DNA from: Jimgerdemannia flammicorona
Taxonomy: Eukaryota
Direction: 5' to 3'
NCBI GenBank assembly: GCA_003990765.1
Contig: RBNJ01000351.1
Span: 1-32,383, forward strand
Length of the DNA: 32,383 nucleotides
In this document: positions 22,236-32,383 of the stretch, piece by piece
Layout of the letters: each line of letters starts with the position of its first letter
Position numbering within the stretch: position 1 is the first letter of the stretch
Program-made: the position numbers and the translations under genes
Notes under the pieces: model-generated
The model's input: the letters and a program-made list of their open reading frames with translations, nothing else
Databases searched by the model: none
What the model was told of the DNA's origin: nothing

Positions 22236-23179
22236 GCTCTGCTTCTTTGAAGTTCATTCCTTTTGCCTTCAGTGAGTTTCTTGAAGGTACTCAGCTGGGT
22301 GGGTTTGTGATTTCTGGGTGTCCATGAGGTGGATGTGGAGGGAGCTTGGGATGCTACATACTTGGGTTCTTCTTTCTTGGTCCAAGTCTTTTCCTTATTA
22401 TTGAATTGTCTTTGAGGCAGAATTGGTCCAGCTATTAGGATTTGCTTAACTATGGTCTTGATTCTTGCCAGGCACCATTGTTGGTGATTGCAACCAATTG
22501 GGCAGCCTTGTTCTCAGATTTTTCTAGTAAGCCATTTAGGTAGTACATCGAATAGATGGTCTGCTCTTGTACTATTTCATGCTTCATCATTGGCAATATA
22601 TCCTAGGCCAATAGTGTTCAGGAGTGACTTGAGTTTTGTACAGAAGGTTTCAAATTCTTCTTTGCCATATACATCAAATTTGAGGTTGTAGAGTTTTACT
22701 GGAGATTCAGTGATCATCATTTCACTGTAGTATTGAGCAATCATGAGTTGTTTGAGTCCAGGGACTGCAGGATGGACTCCATATCCTAGGGCATTGTTTG
22801 CTGCATTCTGAGCAACTACTGCAGGTCAGGTATCCCATATGAGGAGTTTTTTAGGAAGAGTTTACCACCATTCTTCAGCAGGTCCTTGGAAGAATATAAT
22901 AACTCGGCAGACATAGGCTGTGGTAGTAGCAAAGAGTTGTTCCAGAGTATGGTCTTGATTGTTTGTCAGAATGCGGTCAGCAACTCACTCATTTGTCCAT
23001 TGATTGGCTTCAAAGTTGGTATCAACTATACTAATGAAGCTTTGGACTTCTTGTACAGTACCATTGAAGGTAGGTAGGCTCAGATTTTTGGTAGATTAGG
23101 TCTGTTCAGCTAAGGCAGTAATGATTGCTGCCATTATGGCTACCTGGGCTGTGAGGTCTAGAATCTGTTGGTTTGCCAT
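22175..23179 (-). pseudogene. gag: E2 Gag
   Basis: MANQQILDL...LPTFNGT...FQGPAEEWW...CFYCQKTGHMASTC (zinc knuckle ~22193-22234), all in one frame with scattered stops. Confidence 0.9.
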
Positions 23180-23220
23180 GTTGTTTACTGGAGGCAGTTG
23201 GACTGCTGGTAGTGGTGTTA

Positions 23221-24130
23221 CTAGACTACTTGAGGTACTAGTGCAGAGTGTGAGGGTGTTCTTTGAGTCTGTGTAAGTTGCTGCAGTAGTAGTTGTAGGT
23301 CTGGAGTAAGGGCTCAATAGATAGCTATTTGTTGCTGTGTGGGTGTATTCTGGCCTGATGGAGGTGTGTCTCCTTCAGTGGTATATCTGGGATCAAATTC
23401 ACTGAGATACTCCTCCTTCTCTTCGGTTTGGTCCCCATGTAATTGGGTTTGCTCAGCATCAAAGTAGACAGAATTAGTTGTATATCTGATTTCAGATGGA
23501 CTTAATTCAAAGTCAAGTTCAGGTTTGGTATTGATTTCAGATTCAGGTAGGGCTGTAGCAGGGCCTGCTTCTAGTTCAGAGTCAGGTAGTTGATGAAGGA
23601 TTTTTCTTGCTTCTTCTCTAAGAATATGGCAGGCCTTGCTGTTCTGGAATCGGTAGTATAGTGTAGTCTTGGTCCTGGTATGGTGAAAGTCGGTAGAGTT
23701 GAGCCACTTGGCTACAGAGACTTGGGCTTCATGAGGGACTAAGGCTAGAAAGACTGCTGCTGGTTATTCTAGGTTGCTCAGATTTATAGAGCTAACAAAA
23801 CTCTTGTTGAGAAGAGTAAATAAGGCTTCTATAAGACCTTCTTTGTCTTGACTTGTTGAGTGTAGTGCAAGGAGTTCGGTAAATAGAGTTTTGCCTATTT
23901 GCTGATTTAACTGGAGTATTTCTTTCTTCAAATGAAGTTTGTCCCACTTATTGTAAGTGTGGAGGTCAAATTGTCCTTATACATCAGGTTCAATTCTCTC
24001 CAGATTGTCAGATGGTTCAGGATAAATTCCAGTTCAGAGGTTGGGCTTTATACCAACTTATAGGAATTCACAGAGGGGTTTGTAGCTGGATGAGGAAGTA
24101 TCTTGAAGCAGAATTGGATTGTAAACCACT
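23221..24130 (-). pseudogene. E2 extra upstream ORF0 (~300 codons, unknown function)
   Basis: One frame has only about 5 internal stops (TAA/TGA) and a ~150-codon open stretch. It is absent from the ORF track for lack of a start codon. Confidence 0.7.
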
Positions 24131-24137
24131 GCTACCA
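24126..24137 (-). promoter_or_regulatory. E2 primer-binding site, probably initiator tRNA-Met
   Basis: tggtagcagtgg lies on the minus strand after a 3-nt act spacer. tggtagc is the usual iMet-type PBS start. Confidence 0.8.
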
Positions 24138-24140
24138 AGT

Positions 24141-25620
24141 TGTAAGAGGGTTGCTTTTTAGAGTAACTGTTACATAGTTCTGGATATTCTAGAAGACTGT
24201 TTTCTTATGGTCAAGATCAATTTTATATGAAGTATATCCTCTATGCTTATTGATTTCAAGATCAGGTTAACATCTCAACCAAAGTTCTTTTTCAGACTAG
24301 TTCTGGATGTTCAGGATTTTCCATATTTCAGAGAGTTTAAGAAACTAAGACCAGCTTAGTTGAGTTGGCATATCACTGCAGACAATACTCAATTAGGAAA
24401 TTTTGTAACAGGGTTAGGAGTGAGATCTAACAGGGAGCAGATTTACTTAAGAGTAGTTTGTGGGTTATTAAATAGATTTATTCGCTATTCATGATATTAC
24501 TATACTAGAAGTAGTTGTGTGAAGGGATATTGTGGGGAAGTGTTCAGAAATGTTCTTGTGTGTTCGAGTCTGTTCAAGTCTGAGATTCTGAGATCTAGGA
24601 GAGGGGGTATTTATACTAGTGAGGGGCTATCTGGACTATGTTGTATATAGATATAGCACTAAGTACCTTATTGAGTTAGAATATAGTCACATAGTACAAG
24701 TATGATCTGATATATCAAGAGATTGTCTGACTGCTGAGTTAGTTCACAGTCATGTCATATAAGGCTAATCTAACTATACTATAACTGCTAAGCTATTTAT
24801 AGATTTAGGTGCTGTCTGGTTAGTCTTTAATGACATCACTATTGATGACATCATTGCTGGTAAAGTCTGAGCAGTTTTCTGACTTCTAATATCATCAGTT
24901 TTAAAGGTGTTATTATTTCTATCTCTTGCAAAATTATAACTGTCCTTGGTAGTGGTGGTTGTATAAGAATAACAGGTCTTGGTTCTCTTTTTTTTTTGGT
25001 CTGCTGGTGCATTTACGAGGACTGACCATTCTCGTCTAGGGCAAGGGCTCCCAATGTCATAGCTGGGGGTTCGAACCTCTCAGAAATGATATTTTCTATA
25101 ATCCAAGGCAATTTCTAGTAGTAATATCTGTCATGTAGATAGCTTGAGATTAGTTTCAACAATGTCGGCTTTCTTGAGTTCAGATGAAGTATCTGTTACT
25201 CTCCAACAGAGGTGACACAGATAGAGCGAATGAAGTTATTCAAATGTGTTTTACTTCTGCTAAGTAATGAGGTCTTGTATAGTTACAGTGTATCCTGATC
25301 TTGAGTTGATAAGTGTAGTTCATGAACCTTTTGATGGGTGAGATAGGTTTCTTCTTATCTCAATTTGATTTTGGTACTTTTAGTTTCCTTTTGTAATAGT
25401 ACAGTATACCGAACTAATTATAGCAGTTCAGAGTCAGTTTTATGGTTGTAGTACTTCTTCTAGTATTCTTATATCTTGGCAGTGGGTTCTTGTGCTTGCT
25501 GGTATATTTTGTGTAATCAGATGATCTCTTCAGTAACTTGTTTTGTAGTCTTGCATTGGTTTCCAAATTAGTTTTGAGGATACCATGTGATTTTAGTGGC
25601 TTGAAGGTTATGTGCTTACA
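24141..25620 (-). repeat. E2 5' LTR (1480 bp)
   Basis: Termini are tgtaag...cttaca. It is colinear with 19259-20761 apart from a 22-bp and a 1-bp indel and many transitions. Confidence 0.95.
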
Positions 25621-25939
25621 GTGGCCTAAGTACTTTTGACTGATAGCAGGTGGGGAGGGGCCCAGGCCTGGGGGGGGGCATGAGGGGGCTGCTGGTGAGT
25701 AGATGTAGAAGGGGTGAAGGTAGTAGTAGAGGTCAAGGGTCTGGGAGGACAAGCTTTGTGGAGATAGTAAAGGAGAGATAGCAGGCATTATGGCTGGAGG
25801 GCTGGCTGAGGAGAGGCAAGGAGACCAAGAAGGTGGTAGTATATATGGGAGTAGCCCTTGAAAGGGGGAGCAGTGGAGCTAGGGGAGTAGTGGCTGGGGG
25901 AAGTGTGACTGCTGATGGTAATGGGACTGCCAATCTGGA

Positions 25940-27603
25940 AAAAAATTCCAGATGTGACAGCTGATGGCAAGGCTGAGCAGCTGAGGCTTGGAAGATAAGA
26001 AGATTTGGTGGATGATGTGATGGGCCTGGTGGTGGCCCTGTTATTCAAAAAATCGATCTCGGTATTCATGGTCATACTGTGCTTCCAGGGCTTAGCAGTG
26101 ATAGTGAAAATGATACTGGGGCTTATCACTAAGCAGTTGGCAGAAGTCATGTCAGTAAAGTTTTTGAAGAGACTGGAGGGAGTGGAGGTGGGTTTTGAGG
26201 AGACTGGACCACTAGAGGAGACACTGAAGGTTGGATTAGTAGTTGGAGAAGTGTGTGTTCTGATGGTATGTTGCCTGAAGTGGGATCCCAGAGTGGTCTA
26301 ACTGCTAGTGAAAGGAGTACCCATAGTGATAGCAGTAGAGACAAGAAGGAGAGTTGAGGAAGTTATGGCAGAATATGGCAAGGTGGTAGATATCAGATTC
26401 AGGGTCTGAGAAGGGACCTCACTCAGAACTAGTGACGTGGATGTGTGGATTTGGCTGGCTGGGAAAGAAGCTACCAAGAAGGCAAGGGACTGGCCTTTGG
26501 GGATGATCTGGAGAGTAATCTCATGCAAGATAATGAGAGTGAAGGGAAGTGAAAAGGAGGAGGAGGACTTATTGGAAGCACTAGAAGAGTTGAGTAGTGC
26601 TGTAGAATGGTAAGCAAAGGTTTGGAAGGCTTTTGTGGAGTTGACACACTTGGAGGTGGTGGATGGGAAGAGGATTTGAGTAGACAAGGAGCAGTGGGAA
26701 AGGGCTCAGAGGTGTAAGAGACAGAAGGAGCTACTGGCTAAGATGGAAAACAGACAACTGGAGGATGTAAGTAAGATGAAAAGTACAGGGGGAGCCAAAG
26801 TGAGTGTCTGGGCTAGTGAGGGGGGGGGAAAGGCTGGGAAGGTGATAGGGGAGAATAAGGAGAAGCCTAGTAATGACCCATATGCTGATGGTATACTAAA
26901 GGTTTGGGAGGTGGACTGGGAGGACTCTCCTTCCCCTACCCCTCTTATCAGGTAAGACCCAGCTTCCTGAAACAGAGTGGTGGAGGATGTGCCAATGAGG
27001 GGGGCCCAGAGGGTGCAATTTAGAGTTCCAGAGATGGCAAATGGAGGACAAGTGGTGGCAGCTAGAGAGAAGGAACTGGTGGATATCCTGGAGGTATGGA
27101 ATGAGTCTGCAAGTGCTGGGGCTGATACCACAATACTGGATGGAGGGAGGCCAGTGACTCTGGATGAGAAGGAGATGGGAAACCTACTTTAGATATGCTG
27201 AATGATGAATAACCTAGCAGTGGAAGAGTTGGGGAAGGTGGACTTGAGAGTGATAAGTGATGAGCATTGGGTACAGATACTGCAGAGGGATGGAGTGATG
27301 AAGGCATTGAAGGCAGAAATTCTTGCAGTATATCTGGAGGAGGAAGAATATGAGGTGGATAAGGAAAGAGAGGCAGAGATGGTGATCATTACTAGGGAGA
27401 GGGCTGAATACTGCTAGAACAAGCATCATAGATTATAGCTCTGACAGGAGGTCTGCCTAGAATACCAAGAAGAGTTTGCAGAGAAGGCAGATAGAGAGAT
27501 GAATGATCTGCTGGCTGGATTGGAGGCTCAGAGGGCTGAAGAGGAGGAGGTGACTGCAGAATATAATCTGGACACAGCACAAAAGAAGATGAATATAGAG
27601 TAG
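25940..27603 (+). pseudogene. LINE ORF1 relic (start uncertain)
   Basis: Track ORFs 26005, 26743, 26977 and 27202 share one frame. LLVKGVP...VEEVMAEYGKVVDIRF...RTS resembles RRM-type L1 ORF1. Confidence 0.65.
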
Positions 27604-27636
27604 TAGAGATTGATTGATAATATAACATATTTCATT

Positions 27637-30600
27637 ATGAATAGTACAACTAACATTTTTTCTTTAAACATGAATAGGTTACAGGGCACTGCTAGATATA
27701 GGAACATTTTTACTTGGATGAAAAGATTGGAGACTGATCTCTTCCTCTTGCAGAATGTCAGGTGTGAGGATAATTCTGATAGGATAAAATAGATAAAGGA
27801 ATGGGGAGGTGTGGTGATCTGGAAGGGTAAGGTCAGGATTCTGGTTCAAAAAGATAAGGGACATGAGAAGCTGGGGGGAGAGACTGGTCTGGGGCAAGTA
27901 GATTTGCACAGGCTGAGAGCCAGTTACTGTTGGCTCCTATTACTGTTCTGCTATATAGGGTGAGCATGTAGATTGGGTGAAAGGTCTCCAGGAGAGTGGG
28001 ATTCTTGCAGAGACTGAGGTGGATATGCTTGGAGGAGATTTCAATATGGTTTGGGATATACAAATGGATAGAACAGATGGAGGATGGGGTGCTGAGAGCA
28101 GGAGTGGAGGGCTGGTGGTATGAGAGGAAGTAGAAAGACTAAGTGTACTAGTAGATACTGGTAGAGAGTACTGGGGGGAAAGAAGGGTTTATATGCATTG
28201 GGCAGGGGGCCTGGGGACAAGAATTGACTAGATTCTGACAGCCAGTTGCTGGGGCCTAGATATTTGGAAGTTGCTGAAGGTAGAATAGTGTCCATGGTTG
28301 GATCACTGGGGGCTTTTGAGACAGGTGTGCTTTGGGGGAAGTAGAGATGGGCCTGAACATTGGTGCCTACATTCCTCTTTGTTAGATGATAAACCCCAGT
28401 GAGATGAGTGGGCTAAAGACATTCAGCTAAGGGTGGAGAACTGGTGGCAAGAAGGTGTCTCAGTTGGGGTTTGGTGGATGAGGATGAAGGAGATGACCAA
28501 GATTTACTAGGGTGAGGTTGGCAAGGAGACAGAGAAGCAGAGAAGGTGAAGAGTGTATTGGGCTTCTACTAGATTGGCAAGGCTCCTAGAGGAGTGAGTA
28601 AGGCTGATAATGTTGGAGAGAGAAGAAGATTGGAGATTAATGAGAGCAAAGATGGAGATTGGGGAACTACAACAGGTGCTGTGGGAAGAGAAAGAGGCAA
28701 GAGTACAAAGCTTGGTGGCACAGCTTCATTGACAGGATCTGAAGGAAGGGGAGAGACCTTCCAAGTTTCTTATGAGGGCCCTTAGAGCAAGAAGAGTACA
28801 GCAATAGTGGGAAGAGGTACTTGACTCAGATGGTGTACTAGTACATGGTATATAGGATATTCTTAGATCATTGAAGGAGTGATGGAGTAGATTGTGGAGT
28901 GAGGAGGAGGGTGGGATGGATGCTACTGCTATTGACTGAACATTGGAGGATTGGCACTCACCATAAGTAGAGAGACTTGGTGATCTGATGATGCCTGTAC
29001 AGGAGGATGTGATCTACTAGGTTCTTGCCATGACAACTCCAGGTACAGCACTTGGGGAGGATGGTCTGCCCTGGGACTTCTGAAAGCAGATGGTTGAAGT
29101 CCTGGGTGTGATGGGAGAGATGACAGCATTGTGTAACTTATCTTACAAACAGGAAGATGGGTGGGGGAGCAGGATCTCGGGCTAGTGATACTACTTTATA
29201 AGAACAAAGGAAGGCATGAGGATTGGAAGAACTGGCAACTGATAATGTTGTTAGATATGGACAGAAAGTTGGTGACTAAGGTGGTGGTTGCAAGACTACA
29301 GAAGGTAGTCCAGCAAGTCATGGGTGTTGAACAGAGGGGATTTGTGAGTGGTTGGCTCATTAGGGATGGCACAGCCTAGATACATAGAGTTATTAAAGGG
29401 GCAAGAGCCTGTAGACTGGATGGATATCTAGTCTTCTTAGACCAGGAGAAGGCTTATGACTGGGTACAACAAGTCTGGCTGGTAAAGGTATTGGATAGAA
29501 CTGGAGTTCTATACCAATTCCAGTCAGCAATAATCAGCCTACTGGAAGGGAGTAGAGCTGCACTCATGTATAATGGATATAGAAGGGTAGCATTCCCCTT
29601 GGGTAGAGGGGTGCCCCAGGGGGACCCACTGTCTCCCATTTTGTATACTCTCTCCCTGGAACCCCTAATGGACAGAATTAGATAGAAGATAGTGGGGCTC
29701 TCTGTCTTTGATATTGGGTGAAAAGTTGGGGCCTTTGCAGATGATATAGTGGTTGGTTTGGGATCAATTGCTGATGTCAAGAAGCTCAAAAAGACAGTGG
29801 AGTGGTATGAGGAGAACTCTGGGGCTAAGCTGAATTGGCACAAGTGTGAAATGATAGTGCTAGGCAATGATCTAGTGGGAGGAAAGGTTATAGGAACAAT
29901 TGTCCCCACTGGTGAGACAGTACAGTACTTGGGCATCTATTTGTCAGTCTATGGGTCAGTTCTGCCCAGGCTTTGGTGGAAGCAGAGGATTGAAATCTGG
30001 GAGGAGGTCCTGCAGGATTGCAGAGGAAGGCACTTTTCTCTAGTAGGGTGGGTCTTGATTTTGAATGTCTATTGGCTGCCGAAGTTATGGTATCTGGCTT
30101 ATCATCTGGACTTCTCAGCCTGGGTGGTGAAGAGATTGATGAAGTTGGCAAAGAGATAGATTTGGGCTGGCAGACGGAGTCAGATTGGTTGGAAGACCTT
30201 ATTCTTACTGGTGGCAAGAGGTAGTTTTGGGCTGGTTGACTTTTCAAAATGGCTATACTGCTTAAGAGCATGGTGGCTAAAGAGAGCAGTGGAGTTGAGA
30301 GGAGATGGTTGGATTTCCTTACTACAAAATATCTAGGAGAGACAGTTATTGCTAAGAGGCTTGACTGGCAATCTCCTCTCATTGGTTGGACTTCAAAGCA
30401 CTGAACAACTATGATATAAAGGATTTTGGTGTGGGATAGCAGAGGGGGTGTACTGTATTGGAATTTATTGGCAGGGGAATGAAGAGGAGATGGCTTGGGA
30501 CTCAATGATGTGGAGATGGGATCATATACTGCTGGGCAGTACCTCTTTAATTGAGTTTGACATTGGTGATGGAATGGAATGCCAAAGGAGACCAGGCCAG

Positions 30601-31277
30601 GATCTGTGGCCTAGCAGTTGGCAAGGAGTTGGAATTGGAGAAGAGTGAAACTGGCATAGTATTTGGAACTGGAGTGCCACAGTGAGGAAGTGGATGTCGC
30701 TAAAGTACTGGGTGGTCTGGTGATATATGCTGCAAAGGAATATAATGCTCAACTTCTGCTTGGGGCACCTTATCATAGAGGGTTGTTTCGACTATGAGGA
30801 GTGCCATAATGTAGGACAGGAAGAGGGTTATGTACAGATACCAGAACATTGGTTAGGAGAATATAAGGTATTAGAGGACTTTGGTAGACTATTGGGGATC
30901 ACTTGGGGGTAAGGTATAGGAATGATGAAGTATGGAGGAGGTGGGAGGACTTGAGAGATCGATTGGTAGGGGGGGTAGAAAAGGAGTGGCTTACCTTAGG
31001 CTGGGCTTTGACTATTTGGATGGAGCTGGCCAGTCACTGGCTTTTTGTTTTTGAGGATGGAAGGAGATAGGGCTTGGGAGACTAGTTATTGCAGTGACAT
31101 AGGCTTATGGAAGACACCTTGACAGGCTGGTGGCTTGGTTAGGGACTACAGGGTAGTCAGAAATACTACTTAGTAGAGAAAATCTATAGACAGAGTGGGG
31201 AGAGAGTTGGAGTAGTTGGTGAAAGAATGATCTTTATCTATGAGAAGGTGGAGAGGGACTCCCCTATGGGGATTGAG
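27637..31277 (+). pseudogene. LINE ORF2 relic: AP endonuclease and reverse transcriptase
   Basis: Endonuclease: IFSLNMNRL, DLFLLQN, LGGDFN, RID. RT: KNWQLIMLLDMDRK, QRGFV, FLDQEKAYD, RGVPQGDPLSP, AFADD, SGAKLN, YLGI. Confidence 0.93.
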
Positions 31278-31339
31278 TAGTGGGTGGTAATAATATATAC
31301 TTATTCATAGACTGGTAATAAAGATAGAGTCTAAGTGAC

Positions 31340-31417
<78 letters not shown>

Positions 31418-32147
31418 CCTTTCTAATGATATTAAGAATATTAAAATCAGATTACACATTGTTAAGCTATTAAGGAAAATGTTTCTTTGAAAAAATTTTC
31501 AAAATTGGTAAGTCAAATAATTTCTAAAATTGGTGAGTTAGATGTTTTCCTTAATAACTCAGCAATATATAATTTAATTTCAATATACTTGATATTATTA
31601 GAAAGGCCTTATTAAGGGCTTTTAAATAATATTAAGATTATCAAAATTTGATAATTATTTATTAAGTTATTGATATAAATATTTTATTATCTAATTTGAA
31701 AATCAAAATAATAGTTGATTTGAATCAATTCAGATAGAATTCAAATTCCATTTAAGTTAATCTGGATGAGATTCAAATCTAATCTAGATTAACTTATTCA
31801 GAGTACTATTTATAAACTTAAGTAATAAGGTATTAGAAATCTCCTCTTATCTTATATAAGTTCTCTACTTATCTTATTAGAGAGAACTAGATCCTATTTA
31901 CTATTCTGTACTTTGAAGGAAGTTTTTTTTTACCTATTGCTCTACTTGAGATAGTAGGAGCTATTCTATTTGACTTGGATATAGTCTTATATATATTATA
32001 GATTCAATATATATCTTTAATTATTGATATATGATTACTTTCTCTCTAATAATAGAGAGAGTATAATATATAGAATAAGATATAGATTACTATAAGCCCT
32101 ACTATATTTGATATGGTTAAGTTGCTAGATAATAACTAATCTACGCT

Positions 32148-32383
32148 CCTTTCTCCGCTACCTTACCGGTCACAAGGTTTGGTAGGCGACCTTCCGAGTC
32201 CCCTTTCCCCTATTATTACCCCCTCTACCTCGGGTTGGTTTGCTGTGCCTGCAGGGGCATGGTGGGAGGAGGGCAATGGTGATGAGTTGCCCCTTTATCG
32301 GTGTCAGATCGGTGCTTCCTCCACTTTTTCGCGGATTCTGGTGCCTTCAGCTGCGTCTGGGGTGTACCCGTTTTGGTGCAGCG
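32148..32383 (+). mobile_element. SINE-like retroposon, copy 3 (young, CpG-rich; runs off the window end)
   Basis: It aligns to 7340-7575 from essentially the same 5' start, but retains CG where copy 1 has TG/CA. Confidence 0.9.

Larger units (their letters stand above)
19259..25620 (-). mobile_element. Non-autonomous Ty3/Gypsy LTR element E2 (ORF0, Gag, dUTPase, protease; RT, RH and most of IN deleted)
   Basis: It has a perfect 5-bp TSD gtggc (19254-19258 / 25621-25625), two ~1.5-kb LTRs, a PBS and a PPT. Its LTR ends and chromodomain stub match element A. Confidence 0.95.
19130..31416 (+). mobile_element. Full-length L1/Tx1-type LINE (~5.9 kb; 19130-19258 plus 25626-31416), interrupted by E2
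   Basis: The TSD is gcctttctaatga (19117-19129 and 31417-31429). It has ORF1 and ORF2 relics and poly(A) at 31343-31416. Confidence 0.93.
18905..31808. mobile_element. hAT-type foldback MITE, family 2, copy 2, split by the LINE (arms 18905-19129 and 31417-31808)
   Basis: Termini are tagtactct / agagtacta. The 8-bp TSD is tctacaaa / tttataaa (two C>T changes). The joined halves rebuild an element like 17604-18216. Confidence 0.88.

Noticed and set aside
25414..30776. Many minus-strand Ser/Pro/Leu-rich ORFs in the track
   Set aside because: They are antisense shadows of the purine-rich LINE strand.

Overview
This window is a eukaryotic transposon graveyard, probably fungal (inferred from the chromovirus, L1-type LINEs and hAT-type MITEs). 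It shows heavy C>T/G>A decay, and I found no intact host gene. It contains: (A) a 3' fragment of a chromodomain-bearing Ty3/Gypsy element (288-~2187, minus); two 5'-truncated L1-type LINE copies with long poly(A) tails; a ~1.2-kb SINE-like retroposon in three copies at very different stages of decay; (E1) a full-length Ty3/Gypsy element (10188-16884, plus) with Gag-PR-dUTPase-RT-RH in one frame, the integrase in a separate overlapping ORF, and a third unknown ORF; two hAT-type MITE families; and a four-level nest (SINE-like > MITE > full-length LINE > LTR element E2). E2 (19259-25620, minus) is a non-autonomous relative of A that keeps an extra upstream ORF, Gag, dUTPase and protease, and has 1.5-kb chimeric LTRs. 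The most striking signal is that E1 and E2 carry dUTPase on opposite sides of the protease, yet both have the same ~38-aa Cys/His module (CPHG-x11-CxxC) between the two enzymes, which I do not recognise. All translations and alignments were done by eye.
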